IMG/VR virus record: IMGVR_UViG_2634166457_000023
Coordinates: 1 to 12,765 of that record
Direction: 5' to 3' (one strand)
DNA: 12,765 nucleotides
Origin: a virus
Lineage: Duplodnaviria; Heunggongvirae; Uroviricota; Caudoviricetes
Below the pieces are notes generated by a model. It saw only the letters and a program-made list of their open reading frames with translations. It was not told the origin of the DNA and searched no databases. Of the stretch, positions 1-7,137 are shown in pieces; the stretch's first letter is position 1, and the number at the start of each line of letters is the position of its first letter. The position numbers were made by a program, and so were the translations under genes.

Positions 1-1119
1 TCAAATAACCAACTTAACCCATTCCTGACCTCGAGTATCGTTATAGCGATCGGTGGTTGCCTGGACTTTATGTCCTAGTAATGTTTTTGTATCGATACCC
101 TGTGCACGGTACAGCCGTTCTGATAGAGAGCGTTGTTCATGAAATGTTGGCGGAGTTTTTCCTGCTGGTGGAATTATCCCAGCCAGATCCCGTGCTTTGG
201 CAAAGTAGTCGCTCAGGTTGTCTTTACTCATCGGCTTTGGTTGTTTCTGGTGCCGACTATGGATTAGATATGGACTTAATATTCGGTCTCGGCACCCATC
301 AATAACTTCTTTTAACGTTATCCCAATGGCATCACAGCGTAGTGTAAGCGGTAACGCCAGACGCATTCCGGTTTTTCCCTGGGTGATATGCAAGTGTTCG
401 TTCCACACATCTGAAAAACGCATGTGGCAAATGTCATCACGGCGCTGACCAGTAACAATCGCAAGAAGCATTGCGTTACGGATAAAGTGTTTTTCAGGCG
501 TTGCGTTGTAAATTTTTTGCCAGTCTTCCAGGGGGAGCCTGGCTCTGGTTACTTTAGGGATCGGTTTACGGGTAGCCTCCGGAGGATTCCATCCAGGAGG
601 AACTTCCCCTGCATGCTGTGCTTCTTTATAAATATCAACCCATAATCCGCGATTTACTCTCGCTGTGCTGACCATGTCTTTATCCAGCCACTCATCCAGT
701 ATTAATGCAAAGTCTCTTACTTCCAGTTCTTTCAATGGGTGGTTTCCCAGACGGGAAACCAGGTATGCAGCCATTCGAGTTTTTTCTTTGTGAGTTGTAG
801 CTGCAATATCTCCATTTTTCAGTCGCGTGTCCTGTATTTTCAGATATCGATCAACCCATGCCTTTAATCTGATACCCCGACGTTTTGTTGCTGACGGACT
901 TTCATCAATTTTGCGCATGAAATATTCAGCTTCTGCTGCAGCTATTCGCTGATTGGCTGTGGAAGCGATTTTTTCTGCCTTACCTTTGTCTGTTCCGAGT
1001 CCGTGAAATTTTCCAGTCACAGGATTTTTATACTGGTAGTAAACTCTGCCAGTTCTGCGATCAAACTTTTCGTAAAGACCGGCTACGTCAGTGCTGTTTT
1101 TTCGTGGCCTCGGTGACAT
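1..1119 (-). CDS. int: Tyrosine recombinase, lambda-family integrase (372 aa, complete)
   Basis: Full ORF. N-terminal YYQYKNPVTGKFHGLG arm-binding-like segment; catalytic-domain motifs LLAIVTGQRRDDI, PPTFHEQRSLSERLY and LLGHK...TTDRY. These align by eye with lambda Int as I recall it. Confidence 0.9.
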   Translation of the reverse strand: MSPRPRKNSTDVAGLYEKFDRRTGRVYYQYKNPVTGKFHGLGTDKGKAEKIASTANQRIAAAEAEYFMRKIDESPSATKRRGIRLKAWVDRYLKIQDTRLKNGDIAATTHKEKTRMAAYLVSRLGNHPLKELEVRDFALILDEWLDKDMVSTARVNRGLWVDIYKEAQHAGEVPPGWNPPEATRKPIPKVTRARLPLEDWQKIYNATPEKHFIRNAMLLAIVTGQRRDDICHMRFSDVWNEHLHITQGKTGMRLALPLTLRCDAIGITLKEVIDGCRDRILSPYLIHSRHQKQPKPMSKDNLSDYFAKARDLAGIIPPAGKTPPTFHEQRSLSERLYRAQGIDTKTLLGHKVQATTDRYNDTRGQEWVKLVI

Positions 1120-1357
1120 GAGTTAAAATCTCCTTCAGTGTATCATCATCGCCAGTATGAATTTCCGGCGCAATTCCCGTTTCACCAGGTCCAACAAATA
1201 CTGCTCGGCGATCTATCAGCCAACGCCCACGAATTTTTTGTGGTCTTGGAACGATGTATCCTAGTTTTCCGTATTTCACCAGGGTAGTGTTTGTTATTGG
1301 GAGACTGAACCGTTTTGGCTTCCACTCATCGAGCGTTATCAGGTACTGTTCGCTCAT
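1088..1357 (-). CDS. xis: Excisionase-like protein (Xis), 89 aa
   Basis: Small ORF directly upstream of int, overlapping it by 32 bp as in lambda xis-int. ATG at 1357 preceded by GGAG at about 8 nt. Segment LITLDEWKPKRFSLP...RGRWLIDRRAV resembles the lambda Xis N-terminus. The track start at 1366 is a GTG 9 nt further upstream. Confidence 0.65.
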   Translation of the reverse strand: MSEQYLITLDEWKPKRFSLPITNTTLVKYGKLGYIVPRPQKIRGRWLIDRRAVFVGPGETGIAPEIHTGDDDTLKEILTHVTEATKKQH

Positions 1358-1375
1358 GGCTATCACTCCGGAACG

Positions 1376-1407
1376 CGCCAGTTGCAGAATACCAACGACA
1401 ACTGGCG
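1376..1407. other. Inverted repeat CGCCAGTTG / CAACTGGCG (9-bp arms, 14-nt loop) in the exo-xis intergenic spacer
   Basis: Perfect 9-bp inverted repeat read directly at 1376-1384 and 1399-1407. No U-run follows on either strand. Confidence 0.4.
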
Positions 1408-1418
1408 ACGGTTGAACA

Positions 1419-3815
1419 TTAAAAATCAGCCTGACTCGGGATCAGTTTTTGCCAGATAGCTGAAACGTATTTTGCCTGGTAACGAGCGTCATCAAGTGCA
1501 TTATGGCGCTCACCTTCGAATGGGATAGCCGTTCTGGCATCGAAGTCTATGGCTTTCCCCAGCTCAACGATTGTGCATACATCGCGATCGTTGTGGTAGT
1601 GCCAGGGGCAGGGGATACCCTGTCGTTCGTATGAACGGCGTAAAATCACGTTGTCGAAGTTGGCTCCATTTCCCCAGACCTGAACAAAAAATTCACCGGA
1701 GTTTTCGGCGATAAATTCACGCAATTGCAGTAGTGCATCATCTAACGGGATTTCATCGGTCAGAATGGCAGATTGCGCCTCGCGTGATTGCTTAAGCCAC
1801 CATTTAATGGTGTCACGATCAATGACTCCGCCAGCTGTTTCCAGATCGATGGTCTTACTAAATTCCGGTCCCATATCTCCGGTTTGCGGATCGAAAAATA
1901 TTGCACCTATTGAGATAATTGGGGCATCGGGATTTTTTCCCATCGTTTCAAGGTCGATCATCAGATGAATACCCGCTCTGCTGGTGGATGTACTTTCATG
2001 ATGACCGTTCACCTTAATTGGGTGATCTGCCGCCTCGCCAGTTTCATTATCGCTGGCGTGATACTGATCACCGCCAGCGTCCTCCTTATGAAGATGTTCA
2101 TTGCCTTCCATTTCCTCCGGATTTTTTTCCTGAGATTCAGCCTGATTTTCTCCATTGAATGTTTCCTGGTATGTTGTGTTGCCCATTACCGCACCACAAT
2201 CAGGGCAGCTACCCCCGCCAGCCTGACCGCAGGCGGTACAAACTTTTCCTTCTTCCGGTTCGCTGTTCTGATGCAGTTTTTCTTCTGTCTGCTGTTCATC
2301 ATTTTCCGTTTTTTTAACTTCATTTGAGGGGATGTGATGACCGGGAATCCATTTCGGATCATTCGGGTCGCTAATCCCTTCAACGAACTCACCACGTGAT
2401 GCTGCCAGTAATTTGTCCGCATCGATCGGAGTTTTGGGCGGAATGTTTTTTCTGGCTTCGTGGAGTTCTGCCCGCAGTTCCTGGTATTTCGCATCAACAG
2501 AATTTACCTGTGGCTGAGCATCTATCGACGGTGTGTCCTGATGATGTTCAGTTGCATCCGGTTCCACTGCTTCAGGCGTTGTCTGTTCATTTGCCATTGC
2601 GCCAGATGGTTGCAGTTTTTCTTCATCATCCTGTTTTCCTTCTTCTGTTACACGCTGCGGCATCGGGGCAGAGGATCGACCGCAGGCAATATCCACGATT
2701 TCCGGATCAGGGTTGGCATGATCGGTTTCAGTAAGTACCTTGTTCAGATATTCAGTGACATGCGCAGGGATGACCTCGATACCAATTGGTGCTTCTTTCA
2801 CGGATGCAACCACGATGGCGCGGGAATAATCCAGCCCGCCAGGCATGGTGATGAATTTGTCGCGGAAAACAGAAAAGGGCGGTTTATTTTCAGCGATAAT
2901 TTCCTCGACACGTTTAGCGTGTGCAGGATGAAGGTTATAGATGTCCACGTCCATTGAACGGGCCAGTACGCCAGTGGCTACGTCGCGTGCCAGTGATGCC
3001 TGATCGTGGATGAAACCGTCGCCGCGATCGGTAAGGTTCCCGCCGCCAGCATTAGCACCGGAAGCCGTGCGGGTGATACGCGAAACACGATTCCCTTTCA
3101 TCCACTCTTTTGTCAGCAGACCGCGATCGGTGTAGTCAGCGTCCAGGTATGCTTCGATAAAAGCGGTCATCATCCCAAAATCTGAATTTTTCGGATTAGG
3201 GAAAACTTTGTCAGTATCACGCACCAGTTTGTGGAGGTCGCGAATTTCCAGCGGGTCGAGCAGGCTGGTTTTGTGGGAAACAGCCAGGGCAGTAACTGCC
3301 GGTAGTTCTTCATCTCGTGCAATGTGTAATGTCTGGAGTTCGTCGCGTGAAACGTGCGTTACTGGTTTTTCGCTGCCGTGTTGAGCAAGCCAACGAATGG
3401 GCAGTTCCTGACCGGAAACAGGCAGGAGCATGCTCTCCTCAATCTCAGTCATGTCTTCGCCGTTGACGTTGGTATTGTCAGTGCTTGCTGGTTTGTCCTG
3501 AACAGAGGGGGAAGGGCCGATAAATGTCATTGTGATGCCATCTTTCCCGCCTTTTTCATAGCGGTTGCAGAATTCCGTATCAAACACGCCTTCTGGCGGG
3601 AGGTCATCAACAACGGGCAAATTGACGCGGACGGGTTTTTTAAAGTCGTCTTCATCATAATCGTTGTCATCCATTGCGGTAATGCAGCGGGAGATTGCAA
3701 CAGATAATTTTTTTGCTGTAGTCCAGTAAAAACCACCTTTAATTCCCAGGCGTTTTCTTACTTTGTCATTTTTTGCTTCGCAATATAGTGCAAATTCTTC
3801 TTTATCAGTGCTCAT
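1419..3815 (-). CDS. Exodeoxyribonuclease VIII-like protein (798 aa): RecE-like N-terminal region, acidic/Cys-containing linker, C-terminal DEDDh (DnaQ-like) 3'-5' exonuclease domain
   Basis: N-terminal approx 400 aa resemble the non-catalytic N-terminus of E. coli RecE from memory ([12 protein letters not shown]...[21 protein letters not shown]...). The C-terminal approx 190 aa (coords approx 1419-1990) carry DEDDh motifs: IDLETMG (Exo I), [12 protein letters not shown] (Exo II), [13 protein letters not shown] (Exo III). A CTAC...CPDC pair sits in the linker near 2195-2245. Confidence 0.85.
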   Translation of the reverse strand: MSTDKEEFALYCEAKNDKVRKRLGIKGGFYWTTAKKLSVAISRCITAMDDNDYDEDDFKKPVRVNLPVVDDLPPEGVFDTEFCNRYEKGGKDGITMTFIGPSPSVQDKPASTDNTNVNGEDMTEIEESMLLPVSGQELPIRWLAQHGSEKPVTHVSRDELQTLHIARDEELPAVTALAVSHKTSLLDPLEIRDLHKLVRDTDKVFPNPKNSDFGMMTAFIEAYLDADYTDRGLLTKEWMKGNRVSRITRTASGANAGGGNLTDRGDGFIHDQASLARDVATGVLARSMDVDIYNLHPAHAKRVEEIIAENKPPFSVFRDKFITMPGGLDYSRAIVVASVKEAPIGIEVIPAHVTEYLNKVLTETDHANPDPEIVDIACGRSSAPMPQRVTEEGKQDDEEKLQPSGAMANEQTTPEAVEPDATEHHQDTPSIDAQPQVNSVDAKYQELRAELHEARKNIPPKTPIDADKLLAASRGEFVEGISDPNDPKWIPGHHIPSNEVKKTENDEQQTEEKLHQNSEPEEGKVCTACGQAGGGSCPDCGAVMGNTTYQETFNGENQAESQEKNPEEMEGNEHLHKEDAGGDQYHASDNETGEAADHPIKVNGHHESTSTSRAGIHLMIDLETMGKNPDAPIISIGAIFFDPQTGDMGPEFSKTIDLETAGGVIDRDTIKWWLKQSREAQSAILTDEIPLDDALLQLREFIAENSGEFFVQVWGNGANFDNVILRRSYERQGIPCPWHYHNDRDVCTIVELGKAIDFDARTAIPFEGERHNALDDARYQAKYVSAIWQKLIPSQADF

Positions 3816-3908
3816 TATTGATAAACCTCATCACAGATTTAAGGGTGAACAAATCTCTGCCATTGCTGACATATAAGAATGAAACTGGATGTTTATTACT
3901 GTGCTGTT

Positions 3909-4100
3909 TTAAAATCCTGCCGGGATTTCGTTATTATCCTGGTGAATAACTTTATCGACCGGATAACAGTTGCCTGGAATTTTCTGTTCGGTTGCTGCTG
4001 CCATACATTCCTGCATTGTTCTGTGAATACTGACTGCAATATCAACTGGCTCTCCGGAAACAAGAAAAATCGTCAGAATAAGTGCAAATACTGGATTCAT
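3909..4100 (-). CDS. ydfD: YdfD-like small membrane/lysis protein (63 aa)
   Basis: ATG at 4100 overlaps the upstream stop (ATGA). AAAGGA lies 8 nt upstream. N-terminal hydrophobic helix MNPVFALILTIFLVSG. Size and position after dicB match Qin ydfD from memory. Confidence 0.6.
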   Translation of the reverse strand: MNPVFALILTIFLVSGEPVDIAVSIHRTMQECMAAATEQKIPGNCYPVDKVIHQDNNEIPAGF

Positions 4101-4285
4101 TGTGCACATCCTTTTGGCATCAGACGTAAACGGGCCAGCATTGAAACAATGCATACTTTATTTAATAACTCCCGTTCGTGTTTTCTTTTGTTAATGGCCT
4201 CTTCAGTAAATACAGGATTACTGATAGTGACACCAATTTCAAAAAAACCTTCAGACGTATTAACGTTTGGTAATAACATTTTCAT
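4097..4285 (-). CDS. dicB: Cell-division inhibitor DicB (62 aa)
   Basis: Product MKMLLPNVNTSEGFFEIGVTISNPVFTEEAINKRKHERELLNKVCIVSMLARLRLMPKGCAQ closely matches my recollection of E. coli DicB. GAGGG lies 7 nt upstream of the ATG at 4285. Lies immediately downstream of the DicF-like sequence. Confidence 0.75.
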   Translation of the reverse strand: MKMLLPNVNTSEGFFEIGVTISNPVFTEEAINKRKHERELLNKVCIVSMLARLRLMPKGCAQ

Positions 4286-4454
4286 TATCGCGCCCTCAAC
4301 AATGAGTTTTGTGATGCGGTGCCTGGTGCCTCCAGGTGACGTTAACCAGTTAACAATTAACGCCGGATATAGAGAATCCACCCATAACACTGTTTTTGGT
4401 TTTAACTGTTCCGCGTGCGCTCAGCCGCATTCACCGCATCACAAAATTCACTTT

Positions 4455-4512
4455 AAAAAGGGCGGTAGAGCAGTCACGGAGTAAAACTGATACCGCCAAA
4501 CGTCACCAGAAA
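4455..4512 (-). ncRNA. dicF: DicF small RNA (antisense inhibitor of ftsZ translation), with 3' terminator-like hairpin and U-run
   Basis: Minus-strand sequence UUUCUGGUGACGUUUGGCGGUAUCAGUUUUACUCCGUGACUGCUCUACCGCCCUUUUU matches my memory of E. coli DicF almost base for base. It ends in a GGCGGUA...UACCGCC stem plus U5. Located upstream of dicB as in Qin. Confidence 0.75.
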
Positions 4513-4846
4513 ATTGATAACAGAGGGCGTTGCAGCGGGGTTGTCACTTAAGCGTATGGTCAACCTGACAACCCGGTGTCCTCAACGGGGAAGGAATAAC
4601 CCCGCCATACTTACCGCCGCGCCATTTCGCGGAGTGCCACAACCGGAAGCGCACGGTCGACGAAAATTTAACGACAGGCTGTCTATGAACCAGCTACCTC
4701 GCCGTGCGCTTTCGCGTTATGGTCTGACTTTTCAGGGAAATATCCTTTCAGTAAACTGTCAGTGCCGGATGCTCACCCGTGTCCGGCGCACGCACTCCAC
4801 CTCACCCGTGGAGAACTCCTTAATCACCAACCCTCAGGAGGGTGAA

Positions 4847-5122
4847 ATGTCGACTGAAAATGATGAAATCATTAACTCCCTGATACGCCAGATTAATAAT
4901 TTTGATAAAGCATTGCAGCATGCTGCGGCGCGTAGTGATATAACTCTTTTAGCAATTTCATTTCTTGCATCTGTTATGGATAAAAATGAAGTCGTACGAC
5001 AGAGTCTTGTTGATTATATCGACTCGCTTCAACCCGGCACTTTCAATCATGAGAGCTTCAATCATGAGAAAGAGCATGTTAAATCTGTAATTAATTCTCT
5101 TGTTTTGAATCAAAAGAATTAA
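4847..5122 (+). CDS. Hypothetical protein (91 aa), AT-rich cargo gene convergent with the leftward operon
   Basis: ATG at 4847 preceded by GGAGG with a 5-nt spacer. Product looks helical with an in-frame FNHES/FNHEK repeat. Marked drop in GC relative to flanks. The upstream part of track ORF 4514..5122 is Arg-rich and treated as non-coding. Confidence 0.5.
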   Translation: MSTENDEIINSLIRQINNFDKALQHAAARSDITLLAISFLASVMDKNEVVRQSLVDYIDSLQPGTFNHESFNHEKEHVKSVINSLVLNQKN

Positions 5123-5420
5123 TGCTTTTTGTTGCAAAGTAATTTTCAAGGGGGTCTATTCGAATCCCTTTCTTTTTCATTAACAAGCCAAACCCCTTAT
5201 CAATGATGTCCATTAATTCCAGGAAGTATTTTTCATGTAAATCCTGGTTATCAGAGAGCTGCTTCTCTTCGTACAGCCCGATAAAGGCACGACGCACGTT
5301 ACCGGATATAGTATCGATGGTTTCTTTTTCTACGGTACTAAGGTCAAGAGTCGCCAGTTGAGAACGAACTATATTCGATGCCATTTCTTGGAATGGTATT
5401 GGTAAATCTTTAAATTCCAT
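5091..5420 (-). CDS. Hypothetical protein (109 aa), AT-rich cargo gene in the leftward operon
   Basis: ATG at 5420 preceded by GAGG at 6 nt. Protein-like composition with no family recognised. Its 3' end overlaps the convergent gene at 4847-5122 by 32 bp. Confidence 0.55.
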   Translation of the reverse strand: MEFKDLPIPFQEMASNIVRSQLATLDLSTVEKETIDTISGNVRRAFIGLYEEKQLSDNQDLHEKYFLELMDIIDKGFGLLMKKKGIRIDPLENYFATKSINSFDSKQEN

Positions 5421-5455
5421 CGTCAACCTCATCAGTCAGTTATTCACTCGGATAC

Positions 5456-5662
5456 TTAACCATTCTGGCAACATTTAATGCCGCCGCTTCTGTCAGGCTG
5501 GCGATGCTCTGGTCCAGTTCGGCCATTTTTTTTGGCCTGTAGCGTCTTGGAATCATTGACCCATTTCAGGTCCTGCGCAGCCTTAACTTTTTGTTTCATC
5601 CACTCATAAATCTCATCATCGGTATAGCCTGGTGCGATGATGATGGGTTCTGGTTTCTGCAT
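5456..5662 (-). CDS. ydfC: YdfC-like small protein (68 aa as read); probably frame-disrupted at an A8 tract
   Basis: ATG at 5662 with GAGGAA RBS. After the homopolymer (plus T8 at 5526-5533) the read frame encodes low-complexity NGRTGPEHRQPDRSGG, while the neighbouring frame encodes helix-like MAELDQSIASLTEAAALNVARMVKYPSE ending at 5440. Position after ydfB matches Qin ydfC. Confidence 0.5.
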   Translation of the reverse strand: MQKPEPIIIAPGYTDDEIYEWMKQKVKAAQDLKWVNDSKTLQAKKNGRTGPEHRQPDRSGGIKCCQNG

Positions 5663-5691
5663 AATGATTCCTCGCGGTGCTGTTTCGCTTA

Positions 5692-5820
5692 TTAGCCGTT
5701 AGATTTTGCCGAACTGGAAAGCGCCTCTTTAAACTCACTAAAGCTGAGAGCGTCTTCGCCTTCGGCAAGGCCTTCGAAGTATTCTTCGTAAGCCTTTTCC
5801 ATGATTGCGTCGAAATCCAT
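5692..5820 (-). CDS. ydfB: YdfB-like small acidic protein (42 aa)
   Basis: ORF below the track threshold, found by hand: MDFDAIMEKAYEEYFEGLAEGEDALSFSEFKEALSSSAKSNG. Strong AGGTGA RBS. Lies between the YdfA-like and YdfC-like genes. The track ORF 5616..5825 is in a different frame. Confidence 0.55.
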   Translation of the reverse strand: MDFDAIMEKAYEEYFEGLAEGEDALSFSEFKEALSSSAKSNG

Positions 5821-5821
5821 A

Positions 5822-5977
5822 TCACTCACCTGAGTTTCTTTCCAGCCAGCGACGCGCGCCAGATTCGGTTTTAAACGTGGTGCTTTTGGTATACGTCATC
5901 GCGGTGAACGTACCGTCCTGGTTTGGGAACACGCCGCACACCAGAGATTCGTTGTTGCCAAGATCGATAGTATCCAT
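5822..5977 (-). CDS. ydfA: YdfA/YdaF-like small protein (51 aa, DUF1391-like)
   Basis: Hand-found ORF MDTIDLGNNESLVCGVFPNQDGTFTAMTYTKSTTFKTESGARRWLERNSGE. GAGG RBS 7 nt upstream. First gene downstream of the PL-like promoter. Family assignment is from memory. Confidence 0.6.
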   Translation of the reverse strand: MDTIDLGNNESLVCGVFPNQDGTFTAMTYTKSTTFKTESGARRWLERNSGE

Positions 5978-6149
5978 GCTGACCTCATTTCCCCTTAACG
6001 CCGGGGTAGCGGAACAAAAACCTGCTGCATAGTTAAAAGTTGAACCCCGCCGTCACTTTCGAATGCCTCGGGCTGGCTACATTGACCCCTGACCACTGCC
6101 TGGTAACTCGAAGTATTGCCCGGCGTTCTGTGGGGCGGGGTGGGTTGGT

Positions 6150-6200
6150 ATCTTTAGTTTAATAAACATTAAACTTAAGTCAAGCAAAAACTAAACCGCG
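6150..6200 (-). promoter_or_regulatory. OL/PL-like operator-promoter for the leftward early operon
   Basis: Minus-strand -35 TTGACT (plus 6178-6183) flanked by half-sites TTTAGT (6153-6158) and ACTAAA (6190-6195). The 11-mer GTTTAATAAAC is the exact reverse complement of GTTTATTAAAC in the OR region. Confidence 0.5.
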
Positions 6201-6214
6201 GGGCGTAACAAACA

Positions 6215-6237
6215 CAACGCTTTTGATAAAGTCGTTG
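6215..6237 (-). terminator. Weak terminator-like hairpin (CAACG...CGTTG) downstream of the toxin gene
   Basis: 5-bp inverted repeat 6215-6219 / 6233-6237 with a 13-nt loop, followed on the minus strand by UGUUUGUU. Sits between the toxin stop (6268) and the PL region. Confidence 0.25.
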
Positions 6238-6267
6238 CGGTTGTTATGTTTCTATTGGTAGTGAAAG

Positions 6268-6546
6268 TTAGGGAAACTGGCGTCTTGCGTGGATCACGTT
6301 TACTACTTCAACGCTTGATGTTGTTACGCGGTATAGAATTATATAGTTAGGGTGGGCCACAATCTCACGCAAGCCAGGTACTCTGTCGCTTGGTGGGTAT
6401 AAATACGGATGTTCGGATAATGGCAGCACACAACCCCTTAATCGCTGCCATAAGCGTTCAGCCGCATCTATGTCGAAACGAGCAATATAACTAGTTATAT
6501 CATCTAGGTCGGTATCTGCGCTTTCAAGCCATAACACGGGTAACAT
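6268..6546 (-). CDS. parE: ParE-family toxin (92 aa), ParE2-like, of a three-gene repressor-antitoxin-toxin operon
   Basis: C-terminal LREIVAHPNYIILYRV...VEVVNVIHARRQFP is typical of ParE/RelE-fold toxins. ATG at 6546 lies 1 nt after the antitoxin stop. The track start at 6642 is rejected. Confidence 0.8.
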   Translation of the reverse strand: MLPVLWLESADTDLDDITSYIARFDIDAAERLWQRLRGCVLPLSEHPYLYPPSDRVPGLREIVAHPNYIILYRVTTSSVEVVNVIHARRQFP

Positions 6547-6547
6547 T

Positions 6548-6739
6548 TTACTGCTTGCTCCGTTCCTTCCGCATTTTAGCAAAGCGTTCTGCCATTCTGC
6601 GCTCAACTTCGTCATGGGGAATTGCTGGGCGCGGATCTGCAAGGCTCGTTGCTACTTTCGCACGCAGCCATTCGTTGTAACTGTTTTCTTGTTCAATGGT
6701 TTCAAATTCAGAAACCATTGGTGAAAGGGCTCTATTCAT
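6548..6739 (-). CDS. Small antitoxin (63 aa), PaaA-like partner of the ParE toxin
   Basis: ATG at 6739 preceded by GGAGGA at 5 nt. Size and position match the PaaA-type antitoxins of paaR-paaA-parE operons described in E. coli O157 prophages (from memory). Starts 20 nt after the repressor stop. Confidence 0.65.
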   Translation of the reverse strand: MNRALSPMVSEFETIEQENSYNEWLRAKVATSLADPRPAIPHDEVERRMAERFAKMRKERSKQ

Positions 6740-6759
6740 GTTTCCTCCGGTTTTATAAC

Positions 6760-7131
6760 TCAGGCGCGGCGGCATTTTTGCGCCGCAATCCATCTCGCTA
6801 TGAGATCTTCCATTGATTCTTTTTTCTGCTTTAACTCGTTGATTATCTGGCGTTGCTCATCCTCAGGGAAGGCTGAAAAAATCTGCAATAATTCCAGTTG
6901 ATTAGACGTTAACCCTGCATGTGGTGGAGAAACCTCCGGTTGTTCTGCGTATTCCGCATCCAGATACCCTTCCGGCATCCCGTATGTTTGCTCTATTCTT
7001 CTGGCAGCCTTTTCTCCAAACGAGGCTCTCCCACTCATTAGTTGAGATAGGTAGCTCTTCTCTTTGGGTGGCAGAGTTTTATCTTTAAACCACTCCTTGA
7101 GACGTAAACGGCGAATTTCTTTTTTTTGCAT
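6760..7131 (-). CDS. HTH (XRE-type) prophage repressor, CI/DicA-like, lacking a peptidase S24 domain (123 aa); possibly also the PaaR-type regulator
   Basis: N-terminal HTH KEKSYLSQLMSGRASFGEKAARRIEQTYGMP. C-terminal LTSNQLELLQIFSAFPEDEQ resembles DicA as I recall it. Divergent from the cro-like gene. ATG at 7131 has no SD but sits 6 nt after a GATAAT -10, so likely leaderless like lambda cI. The track GTG start at 7194 is rejected. Confidence 0.75.
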   Translation of the reverse strand: MQKKEIRRLRLKEWFKDKTLPPKEKSYLSQLMSGRASFGEKAARRIEQTYGMPEGYLDAEYAEQPEVSPPHAGLTSNQLELLQIFSAFPEDEQRQIINELKQKKESMEDLIARWIAAQKCRRA

Positions 7132-7137
7132 GTGGTA

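Noticed and set aside
57-645. Three plus-strand ORFs (82, 76 and 73 aa) at 57-305, 218-448 and 424-645
   Set aside because: They lie entirely antisense within the well-supported integrase gene, have no convincing RBS and have atypical composition.
1765-3736. Several ORFs of 67-165 aa on both strands (1765-1968, 1965-2327, 2186-2497, 2396-2734, 2460-2957, 3354-3707, 3527-3736)
   Set aside because: All are embedded in the 798-aa exonuclease gene, in other frames or antisense, and are hydrophobic or low-complexity. They look like shadow ORFs of a long gene.
3912-3928. Hairpin AAATCC-tgccg-GGATTT near the stop codon of the YdfD-like gene
   Set aside because: Considered as a terminator before the exonuclease gene, but it lies inside the coding sequence and no U-run follows on the minus strand.
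3879-4484. Plus-strand ORF of 201 aa
   Set aside because: Antisense to the DicB, YdfD-like and DicF features. Cys-rich junk composition and no RBS.
4514-4846. N-terminal extension of track ORF 4514..5122
   Set aside because: Arg-rich, GC-rich translation overlapping the DicF precursor region. A strong GGAGG-ATG start at 4847 explains the real gene.
5616-5825. Minus-strand 69-aa track ORF
   Set aside because: Wrong frame. It overlaps the start of the YdfC-like gene and the hand-found 42-aa YdfB-like ORF, which has a strong RBS. Product is basic junk.
6268-6642. Long form of the toxin ORF (124 aa from 6642)
   Set aside because: The extension overlaps the antitoxin in another frame. The ATG at 6546, 1 nt after the antitoxin stop, gives a typical 92-aa ParE.
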